From NCBI RefSeq assembly GCF_001194135.2, contig NC_068982.1:121358581-121422580 (forward strand): a stretch of 64,000 nucleotides of DNA. The letters are read 5' to 3'. Source of the stretch: Octopus bimaculoides (Eukaryota). A model generated the notes under the pieces. That model searched no databases, was not told the DNA's origin, and saw nothing but the letters and a program-made list of their open reading frames with translations. This document shows, piece after piece, positions 14,067 through 26,676 of this stretch (its first letter is position 1; every line of letters begins with the position of its first letter). Made by a program: the position numbers and the translations under genes.

Positions 14067-15513
14067 TAGTGTGCAATAATTAAAATATTTCTGCATGCAA
14101 TAGTACAAGTGATAAGATCACAATAAATCATCTACCAAGGGGTATTAAAGTGTAGGTTTATCTTTACCAAATAAGCAAAATTAATTTAATTTAGAAAATA
14201 AGAAATGTCAGAAAAGATATGCAATTGAAGCTATGTAGATTTGAATATCAATGAAATGTACTGAAGTGTAAACTTTTGCTCTCAGAAATTCAGATAATAG
14301 AAATGTCATACTTTTATAAGAGTGCTTCAACCAAATTAACGATTGTCGGCAATACGTTTTTAATTAAGAAGGCCTTGGATAATAACTTTTGTTTAAAATC
14401 CTGATATTTGTCATGTTCATGTGTGGGATGTTTGGCAACAGATTCCTGTTAACACTGGATCTGTGCCATTATGTACACATGAATATTAAAATGTTTTATG
14501 TAAGAATCTTTATTGAATGTATTGTAGTTTGGATAGGAAAGTTTGTCTTTCCTATCCTAGCACTATAGCATAGAGTTTGGTAACAGAATGCACTGAATCT
14601 TCTCTGTCAGATATTAATATCTTACTTATAATATATCCTGGTTTCTTTTGTCAAATTACATCTTTGCAAATCAGTTTCATTACTTTACTGTTACTTGTAC
14701 TAATAGTGTATGTGAGCTTATATTATTATAATACTATACTATAGTACCCTGTCCTGTGATGGACCAGTAACCTGTCTATAGGGGTGTGTGTGTTTGTGAA
14801 ATATATACACTACAGAATCTGGGTAACCAACCTTAAGAGGCTATGGCTTAGGAAGGATCTTTGATCCATTTTTTGATAATACTCTGTAGCAACCTATAGT
14901 ATTATATAAGCATATAATGTCATATGGGTCCATAATATTGTACAGTAGCCTATAACTAATATGTGATCCTATATAATGTTGTTTTATAATATTAAGAATA
15001 TCACACAGAATTATATAACACTGGCCTGATAATATCCAGAATATCATATTGGTTTATGTCATACTGATCTGCAATTTCCAGAGTGGGCACAATCATGACT
15101 AGGTGGTTAAGAAGTTTGCTTTCCAGTTATGTAATCCTGAGTTCAATCTTGTTGCATGTCATTTTAACATAGAAATGGGTTGACCTAAATTTAGTAAGTA
15201 AAATTGAGTAGATGGAAACTATGCAAAAGCCCATTCAATATCCTGCAGCTGTAATTCAAAAGTTTAGCCTTGTCATTTATTATGTCATGCTGATTCTGCT
15301 TTGAGGATTACATTAAGTACAAGAATCTATGGAATATTTTGTGGAATATTTGGCCACTTATTCTATAATTCAATGAATAAGTAGTTCCATTGATTGAATG
15401 CCTGGAATATTGAGTACTTAAGTTTGAAGTCTGGTACTTATTCTATCAATATATTTTTGCCAAATCACTAATTTATGTGGACATAAACCAATTCCAGTTG
15501 TGAAGCAGTGAGA

Positions 15514-15561
<48 letters not shown>

Positions 15562-15693
15562 NNNNNNNNNNTCTGTGTCTCTCATTCTCCCTTTTTCTCA
15601 CTCACACATGCACATACCCACATACACATACATATACTACATGGTATACAAGTTGAATTTTTCAGATCAGAATTTACAACCAAAATAGATAGG

Positions 15694-15936
15694 TTAACAT
15701 ATATACCATAATAACTTTGGAGGACCAAAAATCCTATGTGGAATACTGCAGGATTTGGAAAGATGGTGACTGTGTTTAAATGTTTACACTACACACTATG
15801 TTGACTTGTATGCCAGAAAATATGGTACAAATATCATTAAAATCTTGAAACCACAAGATAATGGATGATTAATTCAAAACAATGTGAATGAATAAACATT
15901 ACATTTGACAGAGTAATCTGCATGCTAAAGGGTTAA
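15694..15936 (-). mobile_element. piggyBac-like MITE
   Basis: Ends in AATCTGCATGCTAAAGGGTTAA (AGGG-TTAA terminus) and is an inverted homologue of 16889-17116. The left boundary is approximate. Confidence 0.55.
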
Positions 15937-16888
15937 TGGGTTTGTGTACAGTTTCCACTTAATCAAATTCTATTAACAAGGCATTGGTCAACACAATACT
16001 GTAATAGAAGTCATGTAGCCAAGGTTTACACTGTAGAACTGAATCCAGAGCCGCTTGCTGTGAAGCAAACTTCTTAATTACATGGCTGTACCTGCACCCA
16101 TTTGGAGAATGTAATCAGTGTTTATAGTCTATTAAGTAACAAGTGAAAGAAATGAGTTTCTATTTCAGTCTATTCAGATATAAATCAATGTAAATACCTT
16201 GTGATAATGTAAAAGAATGATAACTCCATAATAGGATGTATTTCAATTGAATATAGCCATTCAATAAATAGGAGTTGATGAAATGACTACCAGATTAAAT
16301 ATTGTGGTTGTTATAATTAACTAAAATACTGAAAGGTAATACCATAGCATGGCCACAGTACAATGACTGAATCCAGTAAAGCAATAAAGGAATAACTGAG
16401 TCAATACCCTGGGATATTGTTACCTTCAAACATTGTGGACTATACCTAAATATGACCATTTTTTTTTAGAGACTCATTCATCAACACACTACAACCACAA
16501 TCTCATTAATGTACTGTAGCTACCATTTCACTTGTATCTTCGCCCACTACTACAACTGCCTCTTCTTCCCTGATCTGTGAAGTTGCATATTACTTCCACC
16601 CATGCCCACTTCATATCTCCTTGAGCCAATGACCACCTATTGGTTCAATAGGTGGTCATTTGACCTGCTAGAAATAGAAAACAAATTTCCCTCAGATCAC
16701 ATGCTACCATTTTTTTAAAAGGATTCTTTAGATAATATGATTCTGGTTCCTTGCATATTAGTAAAAGATGGGATGGTCATGGCTGGAATTCTGCTGATTG
16801 CAGATTGACTCAGAGTTGATAAGAGACTAAATAACTTCACATCCCTTTCTTATTCATACTGTGACCCTATCCCAATACATATCTTGCA

Positions 16889-17116
16889 TTAACTCATTAG
16901 TATTTAGATTACTCTGTCAAATGTAATGCTTATTTGTTCACATTGTTTTGGATTAATCATGCATTATCTCATAGGTTCAAGGTTTTGATGTAGTGAATGT
17001 TTATTTTTAGAATAATATTATAGGGTAGGTGTGAGAGGCCAAATTTGGCTGTCTTGAACACAAAACAGGTAGAATATTTGGACTGGATAGAGCTGGTTTA
17101 AATACTAAAGGCTTAA
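16889..17116 (+). mobile_element. piggyBac-like MITE
   Basis: TTAACTCATTAGTATTTAGA ... TTTAAATACTAAAGGCTTAA: degenerate terminal inverted repeats flanked by TTAA. Confidence 0.6.
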
Positions 17117-17631
17117 ATACTAGGCAAATCCTTCTGTCTCAAATGAGCACTCCCCTTGAACTCACAACTCAGCCCACACATTTTTCTCTACAGAAGTTCA
17201 AGTTGACATCTGAATCATTGACCTCAACCAATGTGGGAAGATGTGAAAAGGTCATTGGTGTTTCTATACCACCACCACTTCTACCTCCTCCTGTCAATCT
17301 CCATTTAAATGACATTTCAATCAGTATACAATGTATAACAAATATGGCAGTGGCAGAAATAAATAATTACTGTAAAAAGTAATGAAAGCTCTAAATCAGC
17401 CATGATTGATTTTCAGCAGTTGATGTGAATGGGCTCAAGGTTGAGTCTTCATCTGACCTTTCCGTTTGCACACCAATGCAACATGACTATGGTGCCTGAT
17501 CAAAATTCTCTGAAGACCCAGTAATGCCAATGTACATACATACTGAAAAAAAAATCCTGTGAAGAGGTTTATACAAAAAGAAAATAAATAAATAATATAC
17601 TGATTTATATATTTCAGTCACTTTCATTGGT

Positions 17632-17753
17632 GCAAGCATGGCTGTATGGTTAAGAAGCATGCTTTGCAACCACATGGTTTCAAGTTCTATCCCATTGCAG
17701 TATATTGGACAAATACCTTCTACTATTGTACTGAGTCAATAGTATATATCTAC

Positions 17754-17816
<63 letters not shown>

Positions 17817-18063
17817 ATAATGGGCTTCCACATTGTTTGTGTGTGTGTGATACATGCATGCCTTTCTCTTTGTCACCCCACCTCACCTCCTGACAACCAG
17901 TGTTGGTTTGTTTACATATCCATAACCTAGCAGTTTAACAAAGGAGACCAATGTAATAAGTACCAGACTTTAAAAAATAAGTATTGGGGTCAATTTGTTT
18001 GACTAAACCTTTCAGAGCAGTACCCTAGCATGGTCACTATCCAGTGGCTGAAACAAGTATAAA
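17632..18063 (+). mobile_element. SINE family C, full length
   Basis: Homologous to 2701-3134. Confidence 0.8.
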
Positions 18064-18276
18064 GAAGAAGAATGTATATATATANNNNNNNNNNNNNNNN
18101 NNNNNNNNNNNNNNNNNNNNNNNNNNNNNNNNNNNNNNNNNNNNNNNNNNNNNNNNNNNNNNNNNNNNNNNNNNNNNNNNNNNNNNNNNNNNNNNNNNNN
18201 NNNNNNNNNNNNNNNNNNNNNNNNNNNNNNNNNNNNNNNNNNATATATATATATATATATATATAATCTTTTATTC

Positions 18277-18484
18277 TTTTACTTGTTTCAGTCATTTGAC
18301 TGCGGCCATGCTAGAGCACCACCTTGAAGAATTTTAGTTGAGCGAATCAACCCCAGGACTTATTTCTTTAGCTTAGTACTTATTCTATTGGTCTCTTTTG
18401 CCAAACTGCTACGTTATGGGGGACGTAAACACACCAGCACTGGTTGTCTAGTGGTGATGGGGGGCAAACACAAATACAAAGACA
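18277..18484 (-). mobile_element. SINE family C 3' part
   Basis: Reverse complement of the 2940-3134 segment. Confidence 0.8.
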
Positions 18485-18496
18485 CATGAGCGTGAT

Positions 18497-18785
18497 TGTT
18501 GCCAGTGCCGCTGGACTGGCTCTTGTGCGAGTGGCACATAAAATACACCATTTTGAGTGTGGCCGTTGCCAGTACCGCCTGACTGGCCCTCGTGCCGGTG
18601 GCACGTAAAAGCACCCACTACACTCTCGGAGTGGTTGGCATTAGGAAGGGCATCCAGCTGTAGAAACTCTGCCAAATCAGATTGGAGCCTGGTATAGCCA
18701 TCTGGTTTCACTAGTCCTCAGTCAAATCGTCCAACCCATGCTAGCATGGAAAGTGGACGTTAAACGACAATGATGATGATGATGA
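18497..18785 (+). mobile_element. Family D repeat, long form
   Basis: Homologous to 20034-20253 and 13915-14066. Confidence 0.85.
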
Positions 18786-18893
18786 TATATATGCACACAC
18801 ACATATATATATATATATCACATGAAATATAGCGTGATACCAAAACGTAAGCGGGCAAGACATTTAAAATCACCGAAAAGGAACATTATTAAA

Positions 18894-18949
18894 CAGGTAC
18901 CGGTTTCAAATTTAACAATCTTACCGACTGTCTATTTCTCTTCAGCCTG
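18894..18949 (-). ncRNA. Type I hammerhead ribozyme motif (left arm of element 1)
   Basis: Reverse complement identical to 19185-19240. Confidence 0.65.
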
Positions 18950-19184
18950 ATTTGTAATAGAACCATAATCATAATAATAATATATTAACCCTTACCGAGT
19001 TCTCATACTGGATATATGCGACGCAGTAAATATTCTCTGCAGACATATTCCTGGAATTAGTGCGCCAAAACGAAGACTTTTGAATTTTACCATTAAGTTG
19101 TAATTAGCAGAACCATATACACGCGCACCTATGGCGGTGGGCAACTTTGTATGGGGTTCTGATGATTATGGTTCCATTACAAAT

Positions 19185-19240
19185 CAGGCTGAAGAGAAAT
19201 AGACAGTCGGTAAGATTGTTAAATTTGAAACCGGTACCTG
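19185..19240 (+). ncRNA. Type I hammerhead ribozyme motif (right arm of element 1)
   Basis: CAGG-CTGAAGA-[GAAATAG ACAGTC GGTAA GATTGT TAAATTT]-GAA-ACCGGT-A-CCTG: helix I CAGG/CCUG, intact core, palindromic helix III, GUA triplet. Confidence 0.7.
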
Positions 19241-20033
19241 TTTAATAATGTTCCTTTTCGGTGATTTTAAATGTCTTGCCCGCNNNNNNNNNNNNNNNNN
19301 NNNNNNNNNNNNNNNNNNNNNNNNNNNNNNNNNNNNNNNNNNNNNNNNNNNNNNNNNNNNNNNNNNNNNNNNNNNNNNNNNNNNNNNNNNNNNNNNNNNN
19401 NNNNNNNNNNNNNNNNNNNNNNNNNNNNNNNNNNNNNNNNNNNNNNNNNNNNNNNNNNNNNNNNNNNNNNNNNNNNNNNNNNNNNNNNNNNNNNNNNNNN
19501 NNNNNNNNNNNNNNNNNNNNNNNNNNNNNNNNNNNNNNNNNNNNNNNNNNNNNNNNNNNNNNNNNNNNNNNNNNNNNNNNNNNNNNNNNNNNNNNNNNNN
19601 NNNNNNNNNNNNNNNNNNNNNNNNNNNNNNNNNNNNNNNNNNNNNNNNNNNNNNNNNNNNNNNNNNNNNNNNNNNNNNNNNNNNNNNNNNNNNNNNNNNN
19701 NNNNNNNNNNNNNNNNNNNNNNNNNNNNNNNNNNNNNNNNNNNNNNNNNNNNNNNNNNNNNNNNNNNNNNNNNNNNNNNNNNNNNNNNNNNNNNNNNNNN
19801 NNNNNNNNNNNNNNNNNNNNNNNNNNNNNNNNNNNNNNNNNNNNNNNNNNNNNNNNNNNNNNNNNNNNNNNNNNNNNNNNNNNNNNNNNNNNNNNNNNNN
19901 NNNNNNNNNNNNNNNNNNNNNNNNNNNNNNNNNNNNNNNNNNNNNNNNNNNNNNNNNNNNNNNNNNNNNNNNNNNNNNNNNNNNNNNNNNNNNNNNNNNN
20001 NNNNNNNNNNNNNNNNNNNNNNNNNNNNNNNNN

Positions 20034-20253
20034 GCCAGTATTGCCTGACTGGCCTTCGTGCTGGTGACACATAAAAGCACCCACTACACTTTCGAAGTGG
20101 TTGGCATTAGGAAGGGCATCCAGCTGTAGAAACTCTGCCAAATCAGATTGGAGCCTGGTATAGCCATCTGGTTTCACCAGTCCTCAGTCAAATCGTCCAA
20201 CCCATGCTAGCATGGAAAGCAGACGTTAAACAATGATGATGTTGATGATGATG
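20034..20253 (+). mobile_element. Family D repeat, long form (5' end in gap)
   Basis: Closely similar to 18576-18785. Confidence 0.85.
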
Positions 20254-20659
20254 ATATATATTCACTCTTTATTGGCCTTTTCTGTTGTCTTTGAGCTCTC
20301 TCCTTCCTTCTGACTCACAATTTATCTCTAATAGTTATTGCAGTACTAGATGTTATTAATTGAGCTAGAATTATTACTGTCCAATTATGTGTTCTCTGTT
20401 CCTACTATATAAATGTAATTGTTTTTTGAGATCTCTTAACCATTATTGAAATGTTTAAAGTTCAAAAATTTACATATTTTATACTTGCTTTATTCATTAG
20501 CTTGTGACCATGCTGGGGGACGACCTTTAGGGTTGAGTTAATTATATCAAACCAAACACTGTAATTTGTTACATCAGTCTTTGAAAGATGAAATGCAACC
20601 TGAACTCTGAACTCAAGGAAATGTAATCAAGTACTATTATTTTGTCCAATGTCCTTCAG

Positions 20660-21335
20660 TGAGTAAACGCATAAGTGAATATAAAAGTAAACAGAATAGC
20701 AAGTATGGAAATAAACAAAGTTGTAAGCATGGAAAGAATCTACAGTAAATGCATAGGTAAACATCATAGTAAATGTGGAAGTTAACACTGTAATAAGCAC
20801 AGTAGTAAACAGTATTAAACATGGAAAGAAACATGAAAGTGAATATTGAAGTAAACACATTAATAAACATGGAAGTAAGCACAACAATAAACACAGTAAG
20901 CAAAATAGTAAAGTTGTTGTTGTTGGCACTCCGTCACTTACGACGTCGAGGGTTCCAGTTGATCCGATCAACGGAACAGACAGCTCGTGAAATTAACGTG
21001 CAAGTGGCTGAGCACTCCACAGACACGTGTACCCTTAATGTAGTTCTCGGGGATATTCAGCGTGACAAGGCTGGCCCTTTGAAATACAGCTAGAACAGAA
21101 ACAGGAAAAAAGAGTGAGAAGAAGTTGTGGTGAAAGAGTACAGCAGGGTTTGCCACAATCCTCTGCAGGAGCCATGTGGAGCTTTAGGTGTTTTCACTCA
21201 ATAAATACTCACAATGCCCGGTCTGGGAATCAAAACCGCGATCCTACGACCGTGAGTCCACTGCCCTAACCACTGGGCCATTGCGCCTCCACAGTAAACA
21301 CAGTAATAAACACTAGAAGCACAGAAGTAAACAAT
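20660..21335. repeat. Degenerate 12-bp AGTAAACAC-type tandem repeat interrupted by a SINE
   Basis: AGTAAAC/AATAAAC/AGTAAGC units at about 12-bp spacing on both sides of the SINE. Confidence 0.7.
20913..21292 (-). mobile_element. SINE family A, full length
   Basis: Reverse complement of the family A consensus; possible AGTAAA duplication at its ends. Confidence 0.9.
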
Positions 21336-22322
21336 TGCCACTTTATAGAGATGTTTTGCAGTATTAATGTTATGAACTGGATAGGTTTCAGTAGAAAGTT
21401 TAAAAGTTTGTTTTTACTTTGAATTCTTTAATTCAGCTGATCCATTTATTTAATCCACTTAAATTGAGATTCTTTTCACTTTTCTTTTACTCCTAAATTC
21501 ATTCAAATCTTATTACTCCATAGACACCATCCTGCTGTATTCCCAGTCTTCCACCACCAATTCCTAAATGGTTTACTCACTGAAAAACAGTGAAGCCTAA
21601 ATTAAAGAAAATTAGTTTCATTTGAATTTTTAATCCTTCCCAGGGTACACTAGGAGATAAATCTGACAGCAGCTGTGTATCTTCCCTTTGTTTTCCTACC
21701 ACCACTAAATCTACCTCTTCCCCTCTAAACTATCAAATTGTGTACCACCCCTACTAAAGCTCATCTTATATACTCACCCACCTCTTTACATCCTTACTGT
21801 GCCTTACCTTTATTCAGCTTCACTATCATAGATTAAATAATTTTACAAAACCATTCTCCTTAATTTCAATCTTCTGGAGTATTAGTAAGTAATCTGTTAA
21901 TAATATGCAGTAATACTATATATACAGTTGAAAATAGTGCACTGATTATTATAAAGGAGTTATATATCTCAGAGAGAGGAAGAGAGGATGAACATTTTGG
22001 TTGATGTATTTATGTTAAATTGAATAATATACTAAATTTGATAAGAATTTGAGGAAGAAGAAAGGAGAAACTTTTCCTGCTTGTCACATTACCAAAAAAT
22101 GTTGAAGCTTGTAGCTTAGTACCATACTGTCCAACATTTACCAAAAATTATAATATTGCAGATAGTGCACAAATTTTAAGAGACAGTCAACTCTCTATAC
22201 ATCTTGACCAACTGATATATGTAAGAGCTTCATCAACAAAAAATACAATTGTACCACGAAAAAACAGTAACATTAAGCAACATAATATAATTTGCCTTTT
22301 TTCTCCTGAATATAGTAAGAGA

Positions 22323-22652
22323 GTGGAGGCGCAATGGCCCAGTGGTTAGGGTAGCGGACTTGCGGTCATAGGATCGCAGTTTTGATTCCCAGACTGGGCG
22401 TTGTGAGTGTTTTTTGAGCAAAAACACCTAAAGCTCCACAAGGCTCTGGCAGAGGATGGTGGCGAACCCTGCTGTACTCTTTCACCACAACTTTCTCTCA
22501 CTCTTACTTCCTGTTTCTGTTGTGCCTGTAATTCAAAGGACCAGCCTTATCACTCTGTGTCGCCACTTGCACATTAATTTCATGAGCAGGCTGTTCCGTT
22601 GATCGGATCAACTGGAACCCTCGTCGTCATAAGCAACAGAGTGCCAACAACA
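22323..22652 (+). mobile_element. SINE family A with 11-bp target-site duplication
   Basis: ATAGTAAGAGA at 22312-22322 and 22653-22663. Confidence 0.9.
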
Positions 22653-24112
22653 ATAGTAAGAGAAGCCATTCATGTCAAATATACACTGTAATCATTATAA
22701 CCATAACCCCATACATGTCCTTTTTGCACATAGTTATAAACCCATCCAAATCACACCTACTACTTTAACTGTGTAGTCATAGACCCATTCATGTCAGAAA
22801 TACAACCTTCACTCATTCAGTCATAAAGTATTAGCGATAGCATCTTTGCCCAGGTTGTTGTATAACTACAATAGAGTAACTGAGTAATATTATATAAAAA
22901 TTGAGACAATATAGATAAATGTGAGATAGATTCTTAATACATGGTGGTAGATAAATCATGGGAATATGGTGGTTTGTGTCTAAATGGGGAGTAGTTAGAG
23001 GTTTTGTCTGAAGAAGAAGTAGCTACTAAATTGTTTCCACAAAGAGTAGTGATTATGTATCTCTTATGTTTATCCAAACTAGTTGCAATGATAGGGAAGG
23101 AGCCTCTGTTTTTTGGGTAGGAATGAGGATATTTTTCATACCTGGAGTAAAGTACAAGAGTACAAAAACTTGTAGGTGTGAGGCCCATATGCCCTACAGT
23201 CATAGGTTGTTATTCACTTGGAACAAAAATGAACATTTAATTTGACAAATTCATGGGTATGTAACATATTAGATTACTGTTTTGATCTGAAGGGTGAGGG
23301 TGCATGGCCAAGCAGTTTGGGTGTTATACTGACAATTGCAAGATCATAGTTTCAATTCCTGAACCAGGTGGTGCATTGGGCTCTTGAGCAAAACACTTCA
23401 TTTCATGTTGCTCCAGTCCACTCAGCTGTAAATTTGTAACCCTGCAATAGGGTGGTGTCTCGTGCAGGGAGAATATTGCAGTTTCAGTCACTTAAATACC
23501 ATGGAAACTAGACAACCAATCTTTTGAGTCCTAGGACTTGAGACAGTAATGTAATGATTGGTCTTAAGGATTAAACTGCTCTTTTATCCAGTGAATTTTT
23601 AGAAACTTCATTAGTGAGTGATGACAAATTTATATATGGCTGAAAGATTTCTCTATTAGCTTTAAATAGAATTTCTATTTCCTGTAAATCATATCTTGCC
23701 ATTTTAAAAATGAAAAGGATACTTCAGATAATGTAGTCGTAGATGCTTCTAAAAAGATGAGACGGTCATGGCTGGACTACCTTTGATCAGGATCTGCTCG
23801 ACCAGGATTGACGTGGGATTACGCAACAGCAACCAGGTTTGTCTAAACAAGAGTTTCATCTAAAAAGAAAATGACAGCAGGTTTTAATTAATTAAGGAGG
23901 GGCCAGCAACTTTATTTCGGTAAATTAATCTTTTAACTCTTGACAGATCACAGAACATACGTTGAACTGTTATTAGAAGAAATTTTGATTTTTCATTCAA
24001 CATTGTTGATGTTCTTCATTTCCTGTTTATTTAAAATAAAATTCATTAAAATAATAATGATGATGATGATGATGATGATGGTGGTAGTGGTAATTTGTGA
24101 TTAATAATGATG

Positions 24113-24154
<42 letters not shown>

Positions 24155-24706
24155 GTAATTAGGAAAAGAAAGAGGTGAAGGAGAAACTGAAATACATTAG
24201 ATTTTACTGGAACTTTCTACTGTTGCTGCCAAATACTGTTGAAAGTTGTCAGTAAACAGCTGCAAAAAGTGTCACAATAGTTTAGGAAAAAAAAAACAAC
24301 AACAAAAACACATGACAAATCAAAACACAACAGCAGTATTATTAACATGATTAAAAAATTGTTATCAAAGGGAGAAATATTAAATACAGAATGATGGGAT
24401 GGTTGTTGGTGCTGGTGCTTGTGGTGGAGTTGGTTAACATTGGTGGGGTGTGATGGGGAAATATTGAATAAGATTTTTCTCGCTGATAAGGGTTTCTTAG
24501 CTTCAACTGTTGACTTCTGATGGAGAGTCTATTTATCACAAGAAATATTGTCAGGTCATCTTTATCAGTTCATAAATTATCTAATTTACAAAATATTTGG
24601 GCATGATCTTCTCAATAACAAATGATTTCATCATCAAACAATAATAAATAATAAAAAAAAATTTCATCTTTGAAACAACAAACAATGTTTTCCTCATTGT
24701 TGCAGA

Positions 24707-25004
24707 TGGAATATTGGAGCCCCTTAATACAAATATCTGTATTTGGCAGAATATTACGAGGGCCCTTAATACAAATAAATGAATTTAGCAGAATATTGAG
24801 GCCCTTTGATATAAATATATATATTTGACAGAACATTGTAGGTCCCTGAATAAAAATATCTGTATCTGACAGAATGTTTAGCTCCTTTAATACAAATAAA
24901 TAAGTGTCTGTGTCTGTGACAGAATATTTTGAAGCTCCTTAATATAAATAGCTATTGTTGACAAAAATTTTTAATACAAATACATATCGTGACAGAATAT
25001 TGAG
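24707..25004. repeat. ~40-bp minisatellite, about 8 units (CAGAATATT..GCCCTTAATACAAATA..)
   Basis: CAGAAYATT-like anchors near 24709, 24747, 24789, 24829, 24870, 24919, 24961 and 24993. Confidence 0.85.
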
Positions 25005-26091
25005 ACAATGTCTAAATTTATGAGATGTATTATTGCTGCTGGAGTAATAGCGTAATAATATGCTTCATCATATCATCTATCAACATCTTTGTCCTTATCT
25101 TCATGTCTGCCTTCCATGCAGGCATGAATTTTAATTGGTCCTCTTAATCACACTCAGTTCTTCACTGTTATTGCTCACTTCGATGGATTGGTGGACCACA
25201 TCTTGCTCATCCTTTACATTTTTCGGCATAGATTCCACATCTGGATACTTTTCCTAACACCAACCATTTTATAGAGTGTATTGGATACACTTTATCATAC
25301 CAACACTAGAGTATTTTATCATGGCACAACACATATCAATAATTGACACTCCATTGGTTACAGCAACAAGGATTCCACTTGATCTGATCAACAGAACAAT
25401 CTACTCATGAAATTAACATGCAAGTGGTGGAGCACTCCACAAACCTGTGTACACTGAAAATATAGTTCTCAAGGAGATTTGGTGTGACACAGGTATGACA
25501 AAGCTGGCTCTTTGAAATACAGGTACTACTTATTTTTGCCAGCTGAGTGGACTGGAGGAATGTGAAATAAAGTGTCTTGCTCAAGGATATCAGGAATTAA
25601 ACTCACAACCTTATGATTATGAGCTGAATACCCTCACCACTAAGCAACACACATAAACTCAGTACATGTGTGTGTGTGTGTGCACCACCCAGCCCTAGCT
25701 CGTGTTCAGTTTAAAACTTGTAAGATTAGTGGTGCAGTGGGAATTAAAAAAACAGGCAATGCTTAGATGATTTACAGATGGATGTAATTCTGGAGAGATT
25801 ATGTCAAAGGATTGGATGACAAATAACTGATACTATTGATATGGAACTGATAATCTACTTTTCATACACAAACACACATGCATATAAACACATACACTCA
25901 TTGAGTATTTTACCCCATTTTCAAAATTTATACAGAACGATTATCAACTTTTGTATTGTAAAACAACAGGTGTTATACAGGTGTTACCAACAATATTGTA
26001 CTATCACTGTCGCTAGGTATCACTAGTGTGACCTAGCAATAGGTATCACTAGTAATATTCTAATCCTAACAGCAGGTATCACTTGTTATGC

Positions 26092-26251
26092 TATAACACA
26101 ACAACAGATATCACTAGCTGCATAGTAGCCTAACAACAGGTGACACTAATTATTAGGTTAATATACAACTAGTGACTAGTGTTAGGTTGCAATACAACTA
26201 ATGACACCTGTTGTTAGGCTACAGTACTACTCGTGATACTTGTTGTTTTAT
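26092..26251. repeat. Imperfect inverted repeat (hairpin) built from ~30-bp AACAACAGGTATCACTAG units
   Basis: GTAGCCTAACAACAGGTG (26125-26142) pairs with CACCTGTTGTTAGGCTAC (26205-26222); the outer arms pair imperfectly. Confidence 0.75.
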
Positions 26252-26275
26252 AATACAAAGTATATATAATTGTTC

Positions 26276-26676
26276 GGAGGCGTGACTGTGTGGTAAGGAA
26301 CTTGCTTACCAACCACATGGTTCTGGGTTCAGTCCTACTGCATGGCACCTTGGGCAAGTGTCTTCTACTATAGCCTTGGGCCAACCAAAGTCTTGTGAGT
26401 GGATTTGGTAGACAGAAACTGAAAGAAGCCTGTTGTATATATGTATATATTTATGTGTGTGAGTCTGTGACTGTGTTTGTCCCCCCCCCCCCACCATCGC
26501 TTGACAACCTATGTTGGTGTGTTTACATCCACATTACTTCGCAGTTTGGCAAAAAAGACTGATAGAATAAGTACTAGGCTTACAAAGAATAAGTCCTGAT
26601 GTTGATTTCTTCGACTGAAACTTTTCAAGGCAGTGCTGCAGCATGGCCACGGTCAAATGACTGAAACAAGTAAAAG
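26276..26676 (+). mobile_element. SINE family C, full length
   Basis: Homologous to 2701-3134. Confidence 0.85.

Larger units (their letters stand above)
18851..19283. mobile_element. Foldback element 1: 122-bp inverted arms, one hammerhead motif per arm; right end lost in the N gap
   Basis: 18851-18972 versus 19162-19283 differ at one position by manual comparison; spacer about 190 bp. Confidence 0.8.

Noticed and set aside
23948-24036. Possible hydrophobic terminal exon (D)HRTYVELLLEEILIFHSTLLMFFISCLF* followed by AATAAA
   Set aside because: It would truncate the gene upstream of its supported exons, and there is no independent support. Worth only an RNA-seq glance.
24707-25004. CRISPR-like periodicity
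   Set aside because: Eukaryotic context, no unique spacers and no cas genes.
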